Part shown: positions 8,324-17,115 of the stretch, one piece after another
How positions within the stretch are numbered: position 1 is the first letter of the stretch
Layout of the letters: each line of letters starts with the position of its first letter
DNA from: Myxococcota bacterium
Lineage (GTDB): Bacteria > Myxococcota_A > SURF-8 > G963663525
Direction: 5' to 3'
Assembly: GCA_963676915.2 (NCBI GenBank)
Contig: CAXXVK010000061.1
Span: 1 to 21,702, forward strand
DNA: 21,702 bases
Made by a program: the position numbers and the translations under genes
Notes under the pieces: model-generated
The model's input: only the letters and a program-made list of their open reading frames with translations
Databases searched by the model: none
Told to the model about the DNA's origin: nothing

Positions 8324-9654
8324 GATTCGACCTTTCCCATCTGCTGAAACCTTTGGCCGAGGCGATTTATGCCTTTTTCGGCGATGGATGGGTTCGCGAT
8401 GTAACGTTTGCCGTTTTTTCTCCTTTTTTCAAATATTGGTACGAATACGCGGACTATTTGCTGTTTTGGATGCTATTGCCGGTATTTTACCTTGTCCCGC
8501 GACGGTTTCGTGCCACCTGGCTGCTGATGGCCAGTATTGGTTTTCTGGTCATGTTGCACGGCGGAACGTTTGCGGTCGTTTTTACGGGATACCCGCTCCT
8601 TGTGTACTGGGCGACGGGGAGAGCCAGCCCCGGGAAATCGACTCGGAAACGAACGGTGTTTTGGGTGACGTTGACCTGTCTGTTGTTCGGCGTTTTCCTT
8701 GCTTGGGAAAGTTTTCCAGAGTGGCATTCGTTTCTACCCATGGGAGATCGAGTAAGCATTCCGATGCTGCATCTCTCGGGAATCGCTTTTGTTTTGCCGA
8801 AATTGATCCATTTCGTCGTGGAACGTCTAAAGGGGCGCATCGGTGACGCTTCGGTGGGGGATTTTCTTCTGTACCTGTTGTTTTTCCCTTGTTTCCGCAT
8901 CGGTCCTATCGAGCGTTTTCCGCGTTTTCGTCGGGATCTTCAGCGATTGGCGACAAAAGGTGTGGACCGCTTCGACATATTCTACGGCATGTATCGGATT
9001 GCGCTGGGATTATTCAAAACGCTATTCTGGGCGGCTTTGTTGATCGAGTGGCGGCAGAACGTTCACCTGCACATCCATGAATATTCCTACTGGCAGGTGG
9101 TTTTGACGTATCCGCTGGGATTTGTCGAAGTCTGGTTACATTTCTCGGCCTATTGCGACATTGCCATCGGCACGGGTCGGATGCTGGGCATTGCCCTGCC
9201 GGAAAATTTTTATTTGCCCTGGTTTAGTGCGAATCTTGCAGAATTGTGGCGGCGCTGGCATGTTTCCCTCAGTTTCTGGCTGCGCGACTACGTTTTCCTG
9301 CCGCTGGGTGGCAATCGCCGCAGGTCGGATCTGAATTACCTCGTAACCTTCGCGCTGTGCGGTGTCTGGCATTCCATTTCGTGGAACTGGCTGTTGTGGG
9401 GAGCGATTCAGGGGCTTAGTTTGTCGTTTTTGCGTCGCTGGAAAATTTTCTGGTATCTTGTGGCGCATCGGCCTGGAGGATTTTTGGCGATCTTCCAGCC
9501 GTTGCAGCGATTTTCCGTACGTCATGCGCGTCCTGTTCATTGGCTGGCCGTGGCGTTTACTATCTATTTTTTCGCGTATACCGGGGTATACACGTTACAT
9601 GACATTCCTACGGCGACGGACATTATGGCCCGTTTGCTGGGATGGGGAGGCTGA
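8320..9654 (+). CDS. MBOAT family O-acyltransferase (AlgI/DltB-like)
   Basis: FFP..GPIER, FSAYCDIAIG..LPENF..P, LWRRWHVSLSFWLRDYVFLPLGGNR and catalytic GVWH; GTGA overlap with the upstream stop. Confidence 0.92.
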   Translation: MRFDLSHLLKPLAEAIYAFFGDGWVRDVTFAVFSPFFKYWYEYADYLLFWMLLPVFYLVPRRFRATWLLMASIGFLVMLHGGTFAVVFTGYPLLVYWATGRASPGKSTRKRTVFWVTLTCLLFGVFLAWESFPEWHSFLPMGDRVSIPMLHLSGIAFVLPKLIHFVVERLKGRIGDASVGDFLLYLLFFPCFRIGPIERFPRFRRDLQRLATKGVDRFDIFYGMYRIALGLFKTLFWAALLIEWRQNVHLHIHEYSYWQVVLTYPLGFVEVWLHFSAYCDIAIGTGRMLGIALPENFYLPWFSANLAELWRRWHVSLSFWLRDYVFLPLGGNRRRSDLNYLVTFALCGVWHSISWNWLLWGAIQGLSLSFLRRWKIFWYLVAHRPGGFLAIFQPLQRFSVRHARPVHWLAVAFTIYFFAYTGVYTLHDIPTATDIMARLLGWGG

Positions 9655-9659
9655 CCGAC

Positions 9660-12047
9660 ATGTCGCCCACCGCTCGACGGTTGCTGGCGCTGGCGATGTT
9701 TACCGGGGCGATTCTTGCGTCTCAGGTAGCGTTGACTCGCGTATTCAGTATCATGTTTTGGTACCATTACAGTTTTCTGGTATTGACCGTTGCCTTGTTG
9801 GGACTGGCTGTTTCCGGCGTGGTGCTGTCTTTTCTCGGAGACAAGGTGGAGCGTCTGCATCCCGATACCCTGGTCGGCGGCTTGATGTGCTTGTCGGGGG
9901 TGTTGCTGGCTTTATGCTTCTGGCTGATCACGAAAAGCCATTTCTCACCGATGTTCACCTTGCAGGAGGGCGGGCAGTTCGTTCGTCTGGTGCTGGTGAT
10001 TCTCGAATCCACACTGGCCTATTTTTCCATGGGGTTGACGGTAGGGGTGCTGCTGCGCCTCGCGTGGAAGAACGTCCACCGTTTCTATGCTTTGGATCTT
10101 GTCGGCTCGGCGTTGGGTTGTCTCGGAGTTTTGGCAGCGCTTGAAGTATTGGGGGGTACGAAAACCCTGCTGGCCTGCGGATTGTCGATGACCGTGGCGG
10201 GAACGTTGATGCTCTGGGGGCGTTCGCTACGCTGGACGGCAGCAGGAGCGGTGACTGTCCTATTGTTGGCGGTACTGACGTTTCTGGGGGATATGGCGTA
10301 TCGGTTGCCGATACCTTTGGCGAAACCCCTGGCGCTCGTGCCTCCTAAAGACATCGAATACACCACCTGGACCTCGGCGGGCCGGGTGGACGTTTTTGCC
10401 AAGCATCATCAAAACTGGTTTGTGTACGGTCTTTGGGGGTTGAGCGATCGGTACAAAGAAAGCTATCCCGAGCGCAAAGGAATCATTCTGGATGCTTGGG
10501 CCTATACCAGTACGCTAAAACCATTCGAACGCGAAAGGATGAAGAATCTTTTCCATCACATGCCTGCATACCTGGCGTATCAGTTTCTTCAACGTCCAGA
10601 GGCGTTGATTATCGGTTCCGGGGGGGGGCTGGACGTACGCGCCGGTCTGACCTTGGGTGCAAAATCCATCGAGGCGGTGGAGATCAACCGGGGCGTGGTG
10701 CGGGCTGTTACCGGTCCGTATCGAGAGTTTTCGGGTAATGTTTACGGTCATCCGCAGGTTCGTTTGCATGTCGGGGAAGGGCGGCACGTCGCCGAGAGTT
10801 TTCCTGAAGGATCGTTCGACCTTGTGCAGCTTTCCGGTGTAGACACCTATGCGGCGAGTCAAGCGGGTGCGTTTGCGTTAAGTGAAAACTTTCTTTACAC
10901 CGAAGAGGCGGTGGAAACCTATCTCGACCGCTTGCGAGATGGCGGTATTTTGACGCTTACCCGTTGGTATCTTCCAGGAAAAGACGGCAAGCCGCGTTTC
11001 TCCATACGACTGTTGACGTTGATCTGGGAAGGGATGCAGAAGGCAGGAATTGAAGATCCCTCGAAGAATATCTACTTCTTCCGGTCTGGGCTGTTTACCG
11101 TCATTCTCGCTAAAAAGCAGCCGTTTACGGAGGCGCAAATCGCCAAAGCGGACGAGTATTGCCGAAAAATGGGCTTTTTCGTGCTTTATAAGCCGGGCTC
11201 CCGAGAAAATACCGCATTTTACGACTATGCCTCGGCCAGAGACAAGGATGCGTTTCGTGCCTCGTATGCCTACAACATCGATCCTCCGACCGACGATTCC
11301 CCCTTCTTTTTCGAGCCACGACGTTGGAAGGACATTTTACGTTTCGACTCGTTTTTGCTCACCCAGGTTCTCAAAGGATTCGATGGTCAAACGATTCTCG
11401 TACTGGTATTCGGATTGCTGGTTTTGCTGGGTGTAGTGTTGTTGCTGGTTCCTGCTCAATTGTTGAACTTGGGTCCATCGTCGAGCCGTGGACTTTGGAA
11501 GCGGCGGGGATACTTTTTCTCGGTTGGGTTGGGGTTCATGCTGATCGAGGTCAGCTTGTCTCAGCGACTGGTATTGTTGTTGGGACACCCGGTGTATGCG
11601 CTGGCGTTCGTGCTGTTCGGGTTGTTGTTTTTCGCCGGAATCGGGAGTTTTCTTGCTGAGCGACTGGATGCTTTCAAAGCCCGTTGCGGCGTTCTTTTCC
11701 TATCCTTGTGGGTTGTAGTTCTCGCGGTCGTGTTGGTTGCCTTTGCTCCCAAACTGATCGTGGCACCGTTGGTGGCGCGATACGCATTTTCCGCACTCGT
11801 TGTGTTTCCTTTGGGAATTCTACTGGGTCTACCGTTCCCTTCCGGCTTGAGAATGCTTCGAGAATCCGGTGGCGGGGAAGGTCTGGTCGGGGATGCCTGG
11901 GCCTTCAACGGGTTTGCTTCGGTGCTGGCCGGAGTTATCGCCGTAATGATTGCAATGACCTGGGGATTTTCTCTGGTGCTATTCCTGGCGGCAGGATGCT
12001 ATTTCCTAGCCTGGAGATTTTTCCCCGGATACCAGGAGGTACACTGA
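9660..12047 (+). CDS. Multi-TM membrane protein with central spermidine-synthase-like domain, paralog 2
   Basis: Same architecture as paralog 1: IGSGGGLD..AVEIN..GEGRH..FDLVQLSGVDT..SENFLYT, DDSPFFF, GLPFPSG, AWAFNG. ATG 9660 has GGGAGG SD at 9645-9650. Confidence 0.85.
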   Translation: MSPTARRLLALAMFTGAILASQVALTRVFSIMFWYHYSFLVLTVALLGLAVSGVVLSFLGDKVERLHPDTLVGGLMCLSGVLLALCFWLITKSHFSPMFTLQEGGQFVRLVLVILESTLAYFSMGLTVGVLLRLAWKNVHRFYALDLVGSALGCLGVLAALEVLGGTKTLLACGLSMTVAGTLMLWGRSLRWTAAGAVTVLLLAVLTFLGDMAYRLPIPLAKPLALVPPKDIEYTTWTSAGRVDVFAKHHQNWFVYGLWGLSDRYKESYPERKGIILDAWAYTSTLKPFERERMKNLFHHMPAYLAYQFLQRPEALIIGSGGGLDVRAGLTLGAKSIEAVEINRGVVRAVTGPYREFSGNVYGHPQVRLHVGEGRHVAESFPEGSFDLVQLSGVDTYAASQAGAFALSENFLYTEEAVETYLDRLRDGGILTLTRWYLPGKDGKPRFSIRLLTLIWEGMQKAGIEDPSKNIYFFRSGLFTVILAKKQPFTEAQIAKADEYCRKMGFFVLYKPGSRENTAFYDYASARDKDAFRASYAYNIDPPTDDSPFFFEPRRWKDILRFDSFLLTQVLKGFDGQTILVLVFGLLVLLGVVLLLVPAQLLNLGPSSSRGLWKRRGYFFSVGLGFMLIEVSLSQRLVLLLGHPVYALAFVLFGLLFFAGIGSFLAERLDAFKARCGVLFLSLWVVVLAVVLVAFAPKLIVAPLVARYAFSALVVFPLGILLGLPFPSGLRMLRESGGGEGLVGDAWAFNGFASVLAGVIAVMIAMTWGFSLVLFLAAGCYFLAWRFFPGYQEVH
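10620..10628 (+). repeat. G9 homopolymer tract, in frame, encoding Gly-Gly-Gly
   Basis: TCC GGG GGG GGG CTG within the GSGGGLD motif. Confidence 0.9.
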
Positions 12048-12108
12048 AACGGGTTGTATGAGGATTCGGCTAATCGGAAATGACGCGGTGCATTGTGCTT
12101 TTTGGCGC

Positions 12109-12131
12109 GCCTTGACGGAAAACGTCAAGGC
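12109..12131. terminator. Hairpin between convergent operons, probable terminator
   Basis: GCCTTGACG-GAAAA-CGTCAAGGC, a perfect 9-bp stem. Confidence 0.6.
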
Positions 12132-12195
12132 AACCCCTGCCTTTGCATCGAATTTTTAGATGGATCTGCGGAAAGTATCGCTTACGAAATGTAGA

Positions 12196-12444
12196 CTATT
12201 CCAAAATTTCCAAAACGGTTCGTTTGCGCAACTTCGTCGAGGCAGCGCTAAGAATCGTACGGATAGCGCGAGCGGTTCGGCCTTGCTTACCGATCACCTT
12301 GCCAAGGTCGTCTTTGGCTACCCGCAGTTCGAGCACGGAGGTTTGCTCCCCCACGATTTCCGAAATGACCACTTCATCGGGCTTGTCCACGAGAGCCTTG
12401 ACAATGCTCGTAATCAGTTCCTTCATAATCTGTTCTGCTTTCAC
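12196..12444 (-). CDS. khpA: KH-domain RNA-binding protein KhpA (UPF0109)
   Basis: [36 protein letters not shown], directly downstream of rpsP. Start is either GTG 12444 or ATG 12426. Confidence 0.93.
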   Translation of the reverse strand: MKAEQIMKELITSIVKALVDKPDEVVISEIVGEQTSVLELRVAKDDLGKVIGKQGRTARAIRTILSAASTKLRKRTVLEILE

Positions 12445-12542
12445 GTTCGGATTTCCCCTTCTCCCCTGAAAGCCTGGACTGCTTCCACGAATGAAACGAA
12501 GCGCGGCAAGCCGACGCTTTCAGAGGGAAAGTCATTGAGAAC

Positions 12543-12797
12543 TCAGGTCGTTTGCGGCGTTTCTTTTTTCGATTTTTTGATCAGGCTGCGCACGGTGTCG
12601 CTGGGTTGTGCCCCCTGGGACAGCCAGTACTGAACGCGATCCATTTTCAGCTTAACGCTGTCTTTCTCGACCAACGGATCGTACGTTCCCAGGTTTTCCA
12701 GGAAACGGCCATCGCGAGGGAAGCGCGAATCCGCAGCAACCACCCGGTAAAACGGTCGTTTTTTTGCGCCCATGCGCGTGAGTCGAAGTTTAACCAT
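12543..12797 (-). CDS. rpsP: 30S ribosomal protein S16
   Basis: [53 protein letters not shown]; GGAGGTGA SD upstream of ATG 12797. Confidence 0.98.
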   Translation of the reverse strand: MVKLRLTRMGAKKRPFYRVVAADSRFPRDGRFLENLGTYDPLVEKDSVKLKMDRVQYWLSQGAQPSDTVRSLIKKSKKETPQTT

Positions 12798-12828
12798 TTC
12801 GTTCACCTCCTCTTCAGGGTCAACTATC

Positions 12829-12857
12829 AGTGTATCCTATTTCAACTATGCAAGCAA
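12829..12857 (-). promoter_or_regulatory. Sigma70 promoter for rpsP-khpA
   Basis: Minus strand TTGCTT-N17-TACACT with an AT-rich upstream region, about 30 nt before the rpsP ATG. Confidence 0.6.
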
Positions 12858-12912
12858 CTAAAACAATCGCTATTTTGTCGATAATCTTAGCAACCTTTAT
12901 CAACCTCCGGAA

Positions 12913-14286
12913 TCATCGCGGGGGTAAAAACATATCTTTGGGATTCATTCCCAGTTGACGGAACAGCTTTTTCATTCCGCCCTTACGTAAGTTTTTCATC
13001 ATTTTGCGCATTTCAAGGAACTGTTTGATAAATCGGTTGAGTTCCTGCACGCTGGTACCGCTGCCCTTGGCAATGCGCCGTCGTCGGGAACCGTTGAGAA
13101 TCGCGTGGTTTTTGCGTTCCTTGACGGTCATCGAAAGCACCATGGCTTCGATCCGTTTGAGTTCCTTCTCGACCTGCTCGCCTTCCTTGCCTTCTTCCAA
13201 TTGGCGGGCCAGTTTTCCCAAACCGGGCAACATGCCCAGCATAGAGGACATTGAGCCCATTTTTTTCATCATCTGCATCTGCTTCAAAAAATCCTCCAGG
13301 GTGAAATTCCCCTTGAGCATTTTTTTCTGCATCTTTTCGGCGTCTTCCTGCTCGATTTTCTTCTGGGCTTTTTCCACCAGAGTCAGGATGTCGCCCATGC
13401 CGAGGATGCGTTGCGCGATGCGGTCGGGATGGAACAGTTCGATGCCGTCGATTTTCTCGCCGACACCGACGTATTTGAGCGGTTTACCGGTTACGGCTTT
13501 GATGGACAACGCCGCGCCGCCGCGTGCATCGCCGTCCATTTTGGTGAGAATCACGCCGCTGATGTCCAACCGTCGGTCGAACTCGGTCGCGACCGTCACG
13601 GCGTCCTGACCGGTCATCGCATCTGCCACGAAAAGGATTTCCTGCGGCGACAGCGCCCGTTTCATCTGTTCCAGCTCGCCCATCAACTCGTCATCGATTT
13701 GCAGGCGGCCGGCGGTGTCGATCAATACCGCATCATAGCCTTCCAACTCGGCCTTGACCTTGGCTTTCATCGAAATCACGACGGGGTGGTCGTCGGTCGT
13801 GGCGGGGAAGATGTCGCAGTCCACCTGGGAAGCCAGCTTGGTGAGCTGATCGATAGCGGCAGGGCGGTAAACGTCGCAGGGAACGAGCAGAACCTTCTTT
13901 TTTTCGTCTTCTTTGAGCAGGTTGGCCAGCTTGGCGATCGAGGTGGTTTTACCCGAGCCTTGCAGACCGACCACCATGGCGACCACCGGAGGTTTGGTAT
14001 TGAAATCAATACCTTCGTGGTGATCTCCCAGGATTTTTACGAGTTCCTCGAAGATGATTTTAATGAATTGCTGGCCGGGACTGAGAGACTTCAGCACCTC
14101 TTCGCCGAGAGCTTTTTCCTTGACGAGTTGAATGAATTCTTTGACGACACGGAAATTGACATCGGCTTCGAGAAAAGACATTCGCACGTCACGAATGGCG
14201 TCCTCGACGTTCTTTTCGCTGATTTTTCCCTGACCTTTTAGATTTTTAAAGGTCTGAGTAAGTCTTTCACTAAGGTTCTCGAACAT
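12913..14286 (-). CDS. ffh: Signal recognition particle protein Ffh
   Basis: MFENLSERL, GLQGSGKTT, DVYRPAA, DTAGR, TKMDGDARGGAALS and a Met-rich M domain with SRRRRIAKGSG. Confidence 0.99.
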   Translation of the reverse strand: MFENLSERLTQTFKNLKGQGKISEKNVEDAIRDVRMSFLEADVNFRVVKEFIQLVKEKALGEEVLKSLSPGQQFIKIIFEELVKILGDHHEGIDFNTKPPVVAMVVGLQGSGKTTSIAKLANLLKEDEKKKVLLVPCDVYRPAAIDQLTKLASQVDCDIFPATTDDHPVVISMKAKVKAELEGYDAVLIDTAGRLQIDDELMGELEQMKRALSPQEILFVADAMTGQDAVTVATEFDRRLDISGVILTKMDGDARGGAALSIKAVTGKPLKYVGVGEKIDGIELFHPDRIAQRILGMGDILTLVEKAQKKIEQEDAEKMQKKMLKGNFTLEDFLKQMQMMKKMGSMSSMLGMLPGLGKLARQLEEGKEGEQVEKELKRIEAMVLSMTVKERKNHAILNGSRRRRIAKGSGTSVQELNRFIKQFLEMRKMMKNLRKGGMKKLFRQLGMNPKDMFLPPR

Positions 14287-14493
14287 TTCCTTCTCGTTTC
14301 CATCAATACGGACTTGCGCTATTAGATGATATTAGGGCAAAAGTCAAGAAATGAGGGGATTTTCAGTGATTTGGGAGCATTCTGCAAGGAAATCGGCCTT
14401 CTTTTCGCATTTCAGGCGTTTTGAAGCGGGAATTGATAGGGGGAAGGAGGGGATCTTCATCAAGCAGCTAATGCCGGGCGAAGAATTTACGAT

Positions 14494-14653
14494 TGAGATG
14501 GGGCAGGATTGTATCCTGCTCCAAATATTCATAATTCCAATCCTTAGCGATGGCCTAGGCTTGGTACATTCGGAGTAGACAGAACCACACCATGGCACCT
14601 GAAACGGAAAAATTCAAAACGTGAGGAGCAGGATGCAATCCTGCTCCATCTCA
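14494..14653. mobile_element. 160-bp REP-doublet (REPIN/MITE-like) element, copy 1
   Basis: 29-bp terminal inverted repeats at 14494-14522 and 14625-14653 (2 mismatches). Each arm is itself palindromic: GGAGCAGGAT-N3-ATCCTGCTCC. Confidence 0.8.
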
Positions 14654-15001
14654 GGATTCCAACGAGTCTCCCTCGTTCTCTTCCATATCCCCGTCCGCAT
14701 TTTCCCCACAATGCGGAGTATCTTCTTCACAATCTCCAATTGGTAAATATTCCATATAGTAGCCGTCGCAACAAGGGGAGTCCGGTGGTGTCTTGCATTC
14801 ATACAATTTACCGAAAACACAAATGATATCTGGAATGTATTGTGGATTGACACCTGGACAATTTATTGAGGCGAAGTATTGGCAACCGTCTCTTGAATCA
14901 CAATGGGTACTACAGTCATTACCGTTGTTACCGTTGTTATCTTCGCATGAAAATATATTTAGAAGTATTGTAAATGACAGGAAGAGTATTCCAAATTTCA
15001 T
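14651..15001 (-). CDS. Small Cys-rich lipoprotein, hypothetical
   Basis: MKF plus hydrophobic stretch plus IFS-C lipobox; 10 further Cys; acidic tail; AAGGA SD; AT-rich. Confidence 0.75.
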   Translation of the reverse strand: MKFGILFLSFTILLNIFSCEDNNGNNGNDCSTHCDSRDGCQYFASINCPGVNPQYIPDIICVFGKLYECKTPPDSPCCDGYYMEYLPIGDCEEDTPHCGENADGDMEENEGDSLES

Positions 15002-15015
15002 AATCTTTAATCCTT

Positions 15016-15175
15016 GGCGATGGAGCAGGATTGTATCCTGGTCCCAATATTTTTGATCCCAATCTTTGGAAATTGCCTAGGCTTGGTACATTTGGAGTAG
15101 ACAGAACCATACAATGGCACCTGAAACGGAAAAAGTCAAAACGTGAGGAGCAGGATGCAATCCTGCTCCATCTCA
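15016..15175. mobile_element. 160-bp REP-doublet element, copy 2 (direct repeat of copy 1)
   Basis: Ungapped alignment to 14494-14653 at offset 522 gives 142/160 identical by hand count. Right arm identical, left arm slightly degenerate. Confidence 0.8.
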
Positions 15176-15291
15176 GTGGTATTATTAGGTGTTTTGCAAA
15201 TTCAAGGTATGGGGAACTACTCGATTGGATTTTACTTCTTTCATACCGAAGCTTTATTTCGTAATTTCCCACAAGCCCCCTAAGAAAGTTC

Positions 15292-17115
15292 TCACTCCGG
15301 TGGTGCCCATCCGGCGATTAGCGAAGAGGTCAAGGTTTCATTGTAATTTCCCACCGACCATTCGACCATCGCACGGTAATCTCCGGCATAGAGGTTGGTC
15401 ATGTCGAACTCGGCGACGATGTGGTTTTCCACGGAAGCGCCCCTGGTGCCTGCATCGCGAATCAGTGAGCCGTCCACGGGACTGACGAGTTTTGTTTGGA
15501 AAAAACCTGCGGTTCCCGTGCTGTAGGGACCGCGATAGCCTTTGACCGTTCCTTTAAGCACGAGGGATCGGCTGTCGGTTTCGGAGGTCGCCAGGCTTTC
15601 CAATTTCAGGTGTGCGTTGATACTCTCATCGAACGCCGTGGTGGGTAGCAGACCATCCACCGAAGTGAAGGCCAGCAGGCTTTCGTCGTGGGAGCCGTCC
15701 GCCAACTCGTCGTCGTTCAGGTAGGATGTACCCTCCAAAAAGATCATTTTGGCGCTGTCGTAGGTTGCCGGAGTGCCGTGAAACGATGCTTTGCGCAAAG
15801 CTACTCGGCTGTAGCCTCTGGCAACAAAGGGAGCCTCGCCCGTGAGGGTGGAGTAGTCTACCGAAACTTCGGCAGTATCGTTGGTTTCCAAGCCACCCAA
15901 CGTACATAGACGAAGCGCGACTTCAGCCGCTCCAGTAGCCCGGACTCGCCAATGTCTCAGACAACTGGATTCGATGTGAAGTTCCCGGTCTTCCAGCGGA
16001 CTGGTGTAGCTGTCGAAGCATTCGTGATCGTTAAGGTTTTCCAGAATATGTTGGTTGGTCAGGGGCAACAGAAGTTCCAGTCCGTTGGAGCCGGACTCCC
16101 GATCGAAAACCGGCCCGCCGTCCCGTTCGTATCGGCTGTCTCGGATGGTCAACGAGGCATCGCGTCGAACCTCGACCGGCCACGAGACGACATGGCTGTT
16201 GACGATCCCGAGCGAGTAAGCCACGCCATCCGGATCGTTTTTAACACGGTATTGATCGATTTGACCGGTGGCGGGAAGGGTGAGTGTAACGTCCCAGCCG
16301 GAGCCGATGACCTGTCCAACAAGAAGGTCGGCATTGGGCGATTCCTGGACGATCATTGTAGCTTTGTTGGCAACCCACAACTCGATTTCGCCATAAGGGA
16401 AGCTTTCGGCTTCCAGCAGGGCGGTTTCGGCGATATCCATGCGTCCCCGGCCCTGGTCGAATTCCAAAGCTTCCACCCGTGCTCCGGCTTTTCCGCAAAC
16501 GAGGATTTGCGGGGCGTAATCGTGGATTCGCACCGTATCGAAATCGATGGTGGCTTCGTCCAGCAGGATCAGTCTGAAACCGTGGGGTTCGATCTGCTCC
16601 TGGTTCGGTTTCTCCTTCCATTCGAATTCCGCACCTTCCGCCGTAAAAGAAGCGCTATCGGAGACGACGACATCTCCCCGAAATTCTATAGGGTCCGCTC
16701 CGATCGCTGCTGTGATTTCGGCATCTCCATGAATCCACACGGGACCGGTAAAAGTCTTTCCGGCTGGAAACGTCGTTTTTCCCGAGCTGTATTCGGTTCC
16801 TTTGTCGGGAGGTGTCGTTTCCCATTCCTGAATCATGGCCCGTGCTTCTTCACAGGCCAGATAATAGCCGACGGGAGGGGGAAGGGTGCCGTCCTCGTCG
16901 TCGTCCGTTTCGCTTCCTTCAACATCCTGGTCGGAGTCCGCGTCAGATTCTTCCGCTTCAAAATTGTCCCGGTCGGCGGGTGGATTGCGATCGCTGTCGG
17001 TACCTCCTGGATCGGGGAAAAGGGAGGTGTCACCCGTCTCACAGGCTACAAGCAGGAAACTTAAAACAGCGAATAGGATCAAAAATCCCGTCGGGTGGGA
17101 GTTTCGCAGGGTCAT
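15292..17115 (-). CDS. Lipoprotein with acidic linker and probable beta-helix-like domain, hypothetical
   Basis: LVA-C lipobox; Asp/Glu-rich linker; recurring short strand motifs (GDAEIT, DSASFT, DEATID, NKATMI, DASLTI, DTAEVS, DSAKMI). ATG 17115 overlaps the upstream TGA (ATGA). Confidence 0.7.
   Translation of the reverse strand: MTLRNSHPTGFLILFAVLSFLLVACETGDTSLFPDPGGTDSDRNPPADRDNFEAEESDADSDQDVEGSETDDDEDGTLPPPVGYYLACEEARAMIQEWETTPPDKGTEYSSGKTTFPAGKTFTGPVWIHGDAEITAAIGADPIEFRGDVVVSDSASFTAEGAEFEWKEKPNQEQIEPHGFRLILLDEATIDFDTVRIHDYAPQILVCGKAGARVEALEFDQGRGRMDIAETALLEAESFPYGEIELWVANKATMIVQESPNADLLVGQVIGSGWDVTLTLPATGQIDQYRVKNDPDGVAYSLGIVNSHVVSWPVEVRRDASLTIRDSRYERDGGPVFDRESGSNGLELLLPLTNQHILENLNDHECFDSYTSPLEDRELHIESSCLRHWRVRATGAAEVALRLCTLGGLETNDTAEVSVDYSTLTGEAPFVARGYSRVALRKASFHGTPATYDSAKMIFLEGTSYLNDDELADGSHDESLLAFTSVDGLLPTTAFDESINAHLKLESLATSETDSRSLVLKGTVKGYRGPYSTGTAGFFQTKLVSPVDGSLIRDAGTRGASVENHIVAEFDMTNLYAGDYRAMVEWSVGNYNETLTSSLIAGWAPPE

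Noticed and set aside
12821-12860. Three CAACTA hexamers in the rpsP promoter
   Set aside because: Short, irregularly spaced and in AT-rich sequence; cannot be told from chance.
13004-14241. Long plus-strand ORFs opposite ffh
   Set aside because: Antisense shadows of a conserved gene, with no motifs.
14319-14347. ffh promoter
   Set aside because: Good -35 (TTGACT, minus strand) but no convincing -10 at 16-18 nt spacing.
14287-14493. SRP RNA (ffs) or tRNA upstream of ffh
   Set aside because: No SRP helix-8 motif in a suitable stem and no cloverleaf recognised; a covariance-model search would settle it.
14494-15175. CRISPR array or integron attC array
   Set aside because: The four palindromes alternate in orientation, the inner sequences are near-identical rather than unique spacers, no cas or intI gene is present, and I saw no RYYYAAC/GTTRRRY boundaries.
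14344-15272. Short ORFs crossing the repeats (14344..14598, 14351..14578, 14614..14853, 14937..15272, 15031..15264)
   Set aside because: Their shared peptides (QDCILL, WSRI.SC) are just translations of the palindromic repeat.
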